Below are positions 56,128-64,000 of a stretch of DNA of 64,000 nt, piece after piece. Origin of the DNA: an uncultured Verrucomicrobiae bacterium. GTDB taxonomy: Bacteria; Verrucomicrobiota; Verrucomicrobiia; Chthoniobacterales; JAFAMB01. The translations under genes and the position numbers were made by a program. Every line of letters begins with the position of its first letter. Within the stretch, counting starts at the first letter, position 1. The stretch covers positions 18,820 to 82,819 of the forward strand of contig CAVVII010000010.1 of assembly GCA_963748055.1 (NCBI GenBank), given 5' to 3'. The notes beneath the pieces were generated by a model. That model was not told where the DNA came from, did not search any database, and saw only the letters and a list, made by a program, of their open reading frames with translations.

Positions 56128-57291
56128 CTAGGTCGACACCCAGAGCCCGGAGCGGCTAGACTGGTCGATGGCCTCAAGGATCTCCTGGTTCCTTGCTCCA
56201 AAGGCAAAATCGGGGAAACACTTTTCGCCACGCCCGATAGCCTGAACGAGGTCATGCACTTCAAATACCTTGATGTCAAAATAGCCGAGGCCGCCCCCGG
56301 CAAAATCAAAGCCAAAGAAGGCCGCGTACTGCGGCACTTGTGAACCGCAAAAAATGGTCGTGAAGCCTCGATCGCGTTTCTCTTCCTTCATTCGAAAAAC
56401 CTGAAGCTCATTAAATCTTTCCCCGTCGTTTACGATTGTGCCTTCGGTGCCGGACACTTCCCAATACACCCCAAAGACCCGGCCCGCGCAGATCCGGGAT
56501 GCTTCAATAACACCAGCGGCTCCCGAGGAAAATTTGACCAAGGACTGGATCTGATCCTCATTTTCAACCGTGCGTTTTTTCGCATCTGCTGCGACCTTGC
56601 TGCCGTAGCCGGCATCGAAGTCCGGCACGGGACGTTCCTTGAAAATCGTCTGAGCTTGCGCCGACACGCCGGTCACGTCGCCCATGAGGAACTGAGCGAC
56701 GGAAACCGTATGCGCACCAAGATCCCCGAGAGCTCCTGTGCCCGCCAATTCTCTCGAACAGCGCCAAGACCACGGCAGTGACGCGTCATTAAAAAAGCCT
56801 TGGTCGAATCTCCCGCGAAAACGCACCGGTTCGCCGATTTCGCCCCGCTCGATGATTTGCTTGGCCACAAGCGCGGCCGGAGTTTTGATGTTGTTGAAAG
56901 CTACGAGCGTTTGAACACCCGACCTCTTGGCGGCGGCCGCCATTCGTTGCGCATCTTCGACCTTCACGGCCATCGGCTTTTCACAGTAGACATGTTTGCC
57001 GGCCTCGATGGCAGCCAGGGCCACATCAACGTGCAGATGGTTCGGAGTCGTGATGTCAACCACATGTATTTCCGGGTCTGCGACAAGGCATCGCCAATCG
57101 CCGTAAGCTTTTGCAAATCCAAGCTTCCGCCGGGCTTCTTCCGCGAGTGATTCGTTTTGATCTGCGATGGCGTACAACACCGGTGTGCAAGGCAGATTGC
57201 GATACAAGATACCGGCCCGGCGGTAAGCATCCGAATGAGCCTGTCCCATGAACCCAGAACCAATGAGTCCAATATTTAACGTGTTTGACAT
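56128..57291 (-). CDS. Gfo/Idh/MocA oxidoreductase
   Basis: IGSGFMG, CEKPMA, GALGDLGAH. Confidence 0.93.
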   Translation of the reverse strand: MSNTLNIGLIGSGFMGQAHSDAYRRAGILYRNLPCTPVLYAIADQNESLAEEARRKLGFAKAYGDWRCLVADPEIHVVDITTPNHLHVDVALAAIEAGKHVYCEKPMAVKVEDAQRMAAAAKRSGVQTLVAFNNIKTPAALVAKQIIERGEIGEPVRFRGRFDQGFFNDASLPWSWRCSRELAGTGALGDLGAHTVSVAQFLMGDVTGVSAQAQTIFKERPVPDFDAGYGSKVAADAKKRTVENEDQIQSLVKFSSGAAGVIEASRICAGRVFGVYWEVSGTEGTIVNDGERFNELQVFRMKEEKRDRGFTTIFCGSQVPQYAAFFGFDFAGGGLGYFDIKVFEVHDLVQAIGRGEKCFPDFAFGARNQEILEAIDQSSRSGLWVST

Positions 57292-57315
57292 TGTGTTAGC
57301 TTTCCCGGCTGCCGA

Positions 57316-58219
57316 TCAGAACAGGAGATTCCTGACGTACTGGTAGGCTTTCCCGGTGTACAACCGCGGCGCAGCTTTAGCCGGGTCTTGTTCCGCTTCG
57401 ACTACCACCCAGCCTATATACTCGGATGACCGAACAAATTTCCCGATGTGCGAGAAATCGACGTCGCCGTCGCCTGGAACGGTGAAGAGCCCTTCTCTGA
57501 CTGCTGAATTAAAAGAGACGTCATTTTTGCGTGCCCAGTCGAGGACATGGCGCCGCACGTCCTTAAGATGGATGTGAACCACGCGATCTCCAAAGCGCCG
57601 GAGGATTTCGCCGTAGTCCGCGCCGGCAGCGTAAGCGTGACCGGTATCCACAAGAAGCCCAACTTCTGGGCGTGTAGCCTCACAAAAAGCGGTTATTTCT
57701 TCAGCTTTCTCCACTAACATCTTTAAATGGTAGTGGTACGCCAGCTTGATGCCCCGTTCTTTCAGTCCAGACCGAGAATTCTCCAAGCTTGTCTGCGTAA
57801 GCCGGCAAATCGATGGACTTGAGACCAGCCTTTCGACTGAGGGGTTCGTCCCAAGGGGAATCGCCTTGCATCATCCCACACTCACCGTAGACGAGCACTT
57901 GGCAGCCGCATTCCTCCAACAACCGAACATGGTTCGCCGCAGCCTTCCACTCGTCTTTTACTGACCGCTCGGTAAGGTACCCCGAATGCCAACCGGTGAC
58001 CAATTGGAGCCCGTAGCCGGAGAGTTTCGGCAACAGTTCCCGGGCTTCCCTGGGAAATTTTCGCCCCAGTTCCACGCCGTCGTAGCCAATATCCGCCGCA
58101 TCCTTCAAGCAGACTTCCAAAGGAATATCTCCTCCTAGTTCCGGCAGCATATCGTTTGTCCAACTGAGAGGACTGACTCCCAAACGGATCCTTGCTCCGG
58201 AGCCTTCTGAAGTTGCCAT
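57316..58219 (-). CDS. iolE: myo-inosose-2 dehydratase (frameshift near 57770)
   Basis: SPLSWTNDMLPELGG, YHYH, DTGH, HIHLKDVR, FTVPGDG, VEAEQDP. Confidence 0.88.
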
Positions 58220-58228
58220 AGCGATTCC

Positions 58229-59224
58229 TCAACTGACAATCTTTACCGGTCGTCCGGTTTTCAGGGACTCGGTCGCCTTGTCGGCCATGAACTGGGCCTT
58301 TAGACCGTCCTGGAGCGAGGGGTTAGGTGCCGTCCCTTTGTCCACCGATTGCAGAAAAGAGTCCAATGCCTGGTAGTAACTCGCTTCGATGCGCTCGAAC
58401 CAACCGGGATGCAGCCCGTCTTCGACTACGGTTTTTCCCTTGTAAAGAGCCATGCCTCTGTAGCTTTGCCGCCGAGACTCCGCCAGACCTTCCGATCCGA
58501 AAACTTCGATTCTCTCGTCGTATCCGTAGGCGGCGCGACGCGAACTATCAATCTGGCAAAGGGCTCCCGAAGCCATTCGCAATGAAACAATCGAGGTGTC
58601 GACATCGCCGGCTTCACCAATGGCTGCGCTTACGAGCGCACCTCCAATGGCATAGATCTCCACGGGTTCATCGTTCGTCAGCCAACGCAACAAATCAAAA
58701 AAATGGATCGTCTGATCGCGCATCTGGCCGCCGGAGACCTTCACATACTCAATTGTGGGAGGCTGAGGGCCGCGGCTCGTGAGTTGAACGATCTCGATCT
58801 TCCCCACTTCACCCTTCTCGACCGCCTGTTTCACGGCCGCGTGACTTGCATCGAAGCGCCGATTGAAGCCAAGCATCACGGGGACGCCTGTTTCCCGAAC
58901 CGCCCTCACCGCTTTCACCGCTTCCTGGTAATCGAGACCGATCGGTTTCTCGCAATAAATGGCCTTTCCTGCTCTAGCCGCGCGCATCAGGTATTCGACG
59001 TGGGTGTTGGTCGGTGTGGCGATCACCACGGCTTCGATGTTCTTGTCATCGAATATGTCCGCTATATCGGCTACTGCCTGTGCCCCGGTGGCGGCTGCCG
59101 TTTTTTTGGCAAATTCAAAGTTTGCATCATTGACCGCCACCAACTCCATTCCGGGGTGGCGGGCGACGTTCCTGGCATGGACAGACCCGATAAAACCCGT
59201 CCCGATCACGGCTGTTTTTAGCAT
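58229..59224 (-). CDS. iolG: Inositol 2-dehydrogenase
   Basis: MLKTAVIGTGFIG, CEKPI, GFNRRFD, YGYDERIEVFG; adjacent to iolE. Confidence 0.8.
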   Translation of the reverse strand: MLKTAVIGTGFIGSVHARNVARHPGMELVAVNDANFEFAKKTAAATGAQAVADIADIFDDKNIEAVVIATPTNTHVEYLMRAARAGKAIYCEKPIGLDYQEAVKAVRAVRETGVPVMLGFNRRFDASHAAVKQAVEKGEVGKIEIVQLTSRGPQPPTIEYVKVSGGQMRDQTIHFFDLLRWLTNDEPVEIYAIGGALVSAAIGEAGDVDTSIVSLRMASGALCQIDSSRRAAYGYDERIEVFGSEGLAESRRQSYRGMALYKGKTVVEDGLHPGWFERIEASYYQALDSFLQSVDKGTAPNPSLQDGLKAQFMADKATESLKTGRPVKIVS

Positions 59225-59243
59225 GTTTATTCCTCTTGGTTCA

Positions 59244-60413
59244 TCACATGCTCCCGACAGCGGTCCAGGCGCCTCCAGCCGCGAAAGAGCGCATGGCAGA
59301 TTCCACAAATGCTACTCCGCAAACTCCGTCGTGGGCGTCCGGAAAACCGAGCTCTGCTTTTGCGTACGCCCTGCCTTCTGACTTCGCCAAAATAGCTTCT
59401 GCCACCTCAGTATAGAGGTTTGCAAACGACTCAAAGAAACCTTCAGGATGCCCCAACCCCACGCGTGTCCAGCGACTGGCTTCGGGCGAAAGCCAATCCG
59501 CTCCTTGGGCCAATATCTGAGGTGGACCGTCGATCGGACAATACCGCAAGTGGCAAGGATCCTCGTGATGCCAGGACAAACTACCTCGATCCCCATAGAC
59601 CCGAATCCGCAGCCCATGTTCGTTGCCAATCGCCGCCATCGACGCCCAGAGTGTTCCGCGCGCCCCGTTGGAAAATCGGAGCAGAACATTTGCGTTATCC
59701 TTGATTGCTCTGCCCGCCACGATCTGGCTCATTTCTGCCGCCACTTCCGTGACTTCAAGGTCGGTCACAAATCGCGCAAGCTGATGCGCGTGCGTTCCCA
59801 AGTCGAATAGCACGCTCGAATCGCCTGAAAGAACGGGGTCGGTTCTCCATGCAGCTTGTGGGTGCCCTTGTTTCTCCAGCAGTTTCGCCGCCCAACCCGA
59901 AGCGTGTTCGGCCTGCACCACGCATACTTTACCAAGATCACCATTGCGGACCATTCGCGCCGCATGGCGAACCATCGCGTAGCCGGAATAGTTGTGCGTG
60001 AGGCAAAGAATCAACTGTTTCTCGTCCGCCAGGCGTTTCAGTTCTTTCGCTTCCGCCAAAGCCAGGCAAAGCGGTTTATCACAAATGACGTGGATACCCG
60101 ATTCCAGGAATTTCTTCGCGATCTCATAGTGGCTGTCGGTCCGCGTAACAATGACAACGGCATCGATTCTGTCCTGCTCCCGCTTGGATTCGACTTCCGC
60201 CATGATCCCGAAATCCGGGTAAATTCGGTCTTGATCGATTCGTAGCTTTCGAGCCGCGGAGAGCGACTTCTCGCGGTCCCTCGAAAACACACCGGCGACC
60301 AGGCCGTATTTATCATCAAGACGCATCGCTGTGCGATGGGTTTCGGCGATCCCCGCGCCCGGTCCGCCCCCAACCATCCCTACCCTGATTCTTCGCTGTT
60401 CTTCTGTCACCAT
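59244..60413 (-). CDS. Gfo/Idh/MocA oxidoreductase
   Basis: GMVGGG, CDKPL, DLGTHA, GHPEGFFESFANLY. Confidence 0.92.
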   Translation of the reverse strand: MVTEEQRRIRVGMVGGGPGAGIAETHRTAMRLDDKYGLVAGVFSRDREKSLSAARKLRIDQDRIYPDFGIMAEVESKREQDRIDAVVIVTRTDSHYEIAKKFLESGIHVICDKPLCLALAEAKELKRLADEKQLILCLTHNYSGYAMVRHAARMVRNGDLGKVCVVQAEHASGWAAKLLEKQGHPQAAWRTDPVLSGDSSVLFDLGTHAHQLARFVTDLEVTEVAAEMSQIVAGRAIKDNANVLLRFSNGARGTLWASMAAIGNEHGLRIRVYGDRGSLSWHHEDPCHLRYCPIDGPPQILAQGADWLSPEASRWTRVGLGHPEGFFESFANLYTEVAEAILAKSEGRAYAKAELGFPDAHDGVCGVAFVESAMRSFAAGGAWTAVGSM

Positions 60414-60479
60414 AAGTCTTGGATTAAGCTCCGCGGTAGTTTGCTAACTTGATTCATCAGTCAGGCGTCTAACAATTGT

Positions 60480-60837
60480 TCAGGTTACGGGAAGCCCGTA
60501 GTCGCTCGCTTCGTCAATCATGGTGCGCTTTAGCAAATCAATCGATCTCCGCATTCCTTCCATCCGCGAAAGAACGATATCCTCGTGCTCAATCGAGAGC
60601 CAACCGTAGGGCAACAACTTGTCGTTCCATTGCCAACTAAGAATTTCGCCATTTTCCAGAGGCCACGCGCAGGTAACCCAATTGGGCCTTGAATCCTGCG
60701 CTCCTCCGGCAGGCAAACCGGACATCAGGACAATTGTGTCCACGCCCAACAGCTCGGCGATCTGGACGGTCTCGTATTCGTGCAGCATTCGGAAAGGAAA
60801 GGTGACCCAGACTATCGGATACGGCGCACAGTTTCAT
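60480..60837 (-). pseudogene. Internally deleted sugar-phosphate isomerase/epimerase (IolH-like)
   Basis: N-terminus MKLCAVSDSLGHLSF, middle MSGLPAG..PNWV..WQW and C-terminus WLSIEHED are joined within only about 360 bp. Confidence 0.75.
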
Positions 60838-60973
60838 TTCGGGGGGATCCAGAGAACGGATTTGGAATTGGTCGGTTGGGGGTGTTCCTGTTGTACAAAT
60901 TGTGGCTGTTTTAGTCAAATTGTGTTTAAGGAGGCAGGAACAGGAGACAGAATTCAGAAGTCAGGAGGGCGCA

Positions 60974-61074
60974 GTGAGTGCGCGTCTCGCTTTACCTCTT
61001 CGCCGACTCCTACGCAAAACACTCAAAACTGGAGTGACACGGGATCACCTTGCGGAGGAGGTAAAGCGAGACGC
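60974..61074. repeat. Family A REP doublet
   Basis: GCGTCTCGCTTTACCTCTTCGC...GCGGAGGAGGTAAAGCGAGACGC. Confidence 0.7.
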
Positions 61075-61300
61075 AGGCGAGAGGGCGGCAGACGGAGGAG
61101 CAATGGAGTGGTGGAGTAGTGGCCGGGACGCGGTTGATTCGCTGAGCATGTCCGATGCTCGTCTCGGGTCAGTGCTTTCGATGGGTGGCGCTTACCTAGC
61201 GCCGCCGAGCCCTCCCGACGCCTGATTTCTTGATTTCCGTATTCTGCTTTCGACTTTCGTCATTTTCGGCTGAAACTGCAGCTTAAGCCCTTCGAATTTT

Positions 61301-62768
61301 ATGACGAGATTTTCTTTGCAAGATCGCGGATCTTTTTCGCTGCCAGGCCTATATTGGCGGGCATTGGTGTGATGCCGACAACGGCGCGACGTTGGAAGTC
61401 AACAATCCCGCTACCGGGGAGATTTTGGGTACCGTACCCATGATGGGCGCCGAAGAAACTCGGCGCGCGATCGACGCGGCAAAGAACGCCTGGGGCGAAT
61501 GGCGTCGCAAGCCTGCCAAAGAGCGAAGCGTTCTTCTGCGCAAGTGGCATGAATTGATGTTGGCTAACATCGAGGATCTGGGGAAACTGATGACAGCTGA
61601 GCAAGGTAAACCGCTGGCCGAAGCAAAAGGCGAAGTCGCCTACGCCGCCTCCTTTATTGAGTGGTTCGCCGAGGAAGCCAAACGCGTCTACGGAGACACA
61701 ATTCCTTCGCCTTGGAATGATCGTCGGCTGGTGGTGATCAAGGAGCCCATCGGAGTCTGTGCCGCCCTCACACCTTGGAATTTTCCGGCCGCCATGATCA
61801 CACGGAAAGCCGGACCGGCTTTGGCGGCGGGTTGCACCATGGTGGCAAAGCCCGCTAGCTCTACCCCGTTTTCGGCCTTGGCCCTGGCGGCATTGGCAGA
61901 GCGCGCGGGTATTCCAGCCGGGGTCTTTAGCGTGTTAACAGGCAGCTCGAAAGAGATCGGCGGAGAAATGACCTCTAATCCGGACGTGCGTAAAGTGACG
62001 TTTACGGGCTCGACCGAGGTGGGTCGCCTGCTGATGAAACAGAGCGCCAGCACAATCAAGAAGCTTTCGCTGGAGTTGGGTGGTAATGCGCCATTTATCG
62101 TTTTCGACGATGCGGATCTGGATGCCGCGGTCGAAGGGGCGATTATTTCCAAATACCGCAATGCCGGTCAAACCTGCGTTTGCGCCAACCGTCTCTATGT
62201 CCAGGCAGGCGTTTATGATGCTTTCGCCGAGAAACTCGTCGCCGCGGTCAAAAAACTCAAGGTCGGCAACGGCTTCGAGCCAGGAGTTCTCCAGGGTCCT
62301 TTGATTGACCAGGCCGCAGTGGAGAAAGTCGAGGAACATATTCAAGACGCCGTTTCGCAGGGTGCACGCGTGTTGCTGGGCGGAAATCGGCATGCTCTTG
62401 GTCAAACCTTCTTTGAACCGACCGTCCTGGCGGGTGTTACTCCCCAAATGAAGGTCGCTCGAGAAGAAACTTTCGGTCCCTTGGCTCCCTTATTCAGCTT
62501 CGAGACCGACGAGCAAGCTATTCAATTGGCCAATGATACCGAATTTGGTCTCGCGAGCTACTTCTACAGTCGCGATATCGGCCGTATTTGGAGAGCAGCC
62601 GAGGGGCTGGAAACTGGAATGGTCGGTATTAACACCGGCCTCATCTCAAACGAGGTTGCACCGTTTGGCGGCGTCAAACAATCCGGACTCGGCCGTGAAG
62701 GTTCCCACTATGGCATCGAGGAATACGTGGAAGTGAAATACCTCTGTTTCGGCGGGCTTAACAACTAG
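61301..62768 (+). CDS. gabD: NAD(P)-dependent succinate-semialdehyde dehydrogenase (5' frameshift)
   Basis: TPWNFP, FTGSTEVG, LELGGNAP, NAGQTCVC, EETFGP. Confidence 0.93.
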
Positions 62769-62789
62769 TCAAACCGGATCAGGTAGAGT

Positions 62790-63830
62790 ATGGAAATCGA
62801 TAGCCAGTTCCCAACCAAACTCGATGCTGTTTCCGACGCGCCGGAGCCACTCCGGAGTGCATTGGTGGAGAGTTTTCCAGCCAGGACGAACCAGTCCGCA
62901 TACTGGTGCATGCTCCGGCTTTTCCAACGGGGGATGAAAAATCGCCGGCGACCGTGCTTGCGCTGACGAACAATGGTTGGCTCGTGGCTTCGGAAACCGA
63001 ACAGGGTGGCGCCACCGTAGAAAAGTCCGACTTCAGCGACACCCTGTTTCTTGAACTGGCGTCTGTTCTCCTTTTGGGTCAGCTCAGGATTGCCTTTGCC
63101 GCGGCAGGACAGGTCGCACTCCGTAACGATCAAGTTCGAGTCAGTCTGGGACGAGTTTTACCGTGAGGCAATCGATCTGATGCTCGCGGGTATCGATCCG
63201 GCACGCACTGGCCGTAGCCGAGAGGGATCGGAACGAGGCTTCGATGTTCGAGGCGTGGCCGATGAAATTCCGGAATGAGGCCCGGCGTTATCGGCCCAAA
63301 GGGCAGCGGTTGCTGGCCGCTACGCAGTGGCCGGCTATTTTCGCCGGATCTCGGGCGGCAACTTGCTCCCGCCGGCGCACTGTTGATCACCGAGCGCGAG
63401 TTGGTGCTGATTTCGGAGGGTAAAGAATCGTCGACAGAACCCGCTCCGGAAGACTCTTCTGGAGAGGAACCGGAGGGAAGGGCGCTTGATCAGGAAGCCC
63501 CGCCTGCGTCCGAGCCGCCCGAGAGAAGTGACTCCTACCGGGACCTCTTTGGTTTTGGATGTAGAAAAGGCAGAGATCGATCCCCGTCAGACTCCCCGGA
63601 GACGTTTACGAATTTGCGGAGATCGTCACCTTTGTCCCTCGCGTTCGGCTGGCAGACTTTCAGGTGAGCCGTCGGGAACGAAATGGCGTGCTTGCTCTCC
63701 ACTTCCGTGCGGCAAACGGGGGAGAAAAACTGGAGATCATCTTTCCCCGATGAAGAGAAGTCGTATCGAAGGCGATGGATCAGGGTTGCTCCCAGGGCTC
63801 GCGAACCAGATATACGGAAAGTCCATTCTG
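62790..63830 (+). CDS. Hypothetical protein (multiply frameshifted; end uncertain)
   Basis: Chained ORF pieces starting MEIDSQFPTKLD, continuing through ORFs 62906, 63051 and 63275. Confidence 0.5.
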
Positions 63831-64000
63831 ATGCAGATCTTCCACCGTTGGGAACTCGCTTCCGTCGAAGTGGATCGTAGCCGACCTGGCTGCGAACGTA
63901 TCCCCGCCTGGAAAGACTCTCCCAAATTCGCTGCTAATTCTCGAAAGGAACTTCCCGGAAGTAACCTTTTTCCGTTCGTTGCCGTTTAAGATTTCGGCTT

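Overview
GC-rich bacterial window. The style of the Hanks kinases and the autotransporter suggests a soil Verrucomicrobiota (Chthoniobacterales-like) genome; this is inference, not a database result. Many genes carry scattered 1-bp frameshifts, most simply explained as uncorrected long-read errors. The core is a bipartite type VI secretion system (T6SS): tssA-B-C-hcp-tagJ-tssE-F-G-clpV-vgrG-PAAR on + (15.9-29.9 kb), and a TagH-C-like gene, tssK-L-M, tagF-like and a hypothetical on - (44.3-53.2 kb). No tssJ or FHA domain is visible. Around it lies an unusual signalling set: two paralogous kinase+pseudokinase+TM+repeat+Sel1 receptors, each next to a SAM methyltransferase, an operon joining a STAS protein, MlaE/F/D and a GAF-PP2C-HATPase fusion, and a Zn-ribbon/OmpA protein. 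Also present are a repeat-rich autotransporter, an ORF-less group IIC intron inserted precisely into a GTAG-type REP hairpin, three short palindromic repeat families (one beside a RAYT transposase remnant), a 39-bp tandem-repeat coding tail at the window start, and an alpha-glucosidase, inositol catabolism and gabD block at the end.
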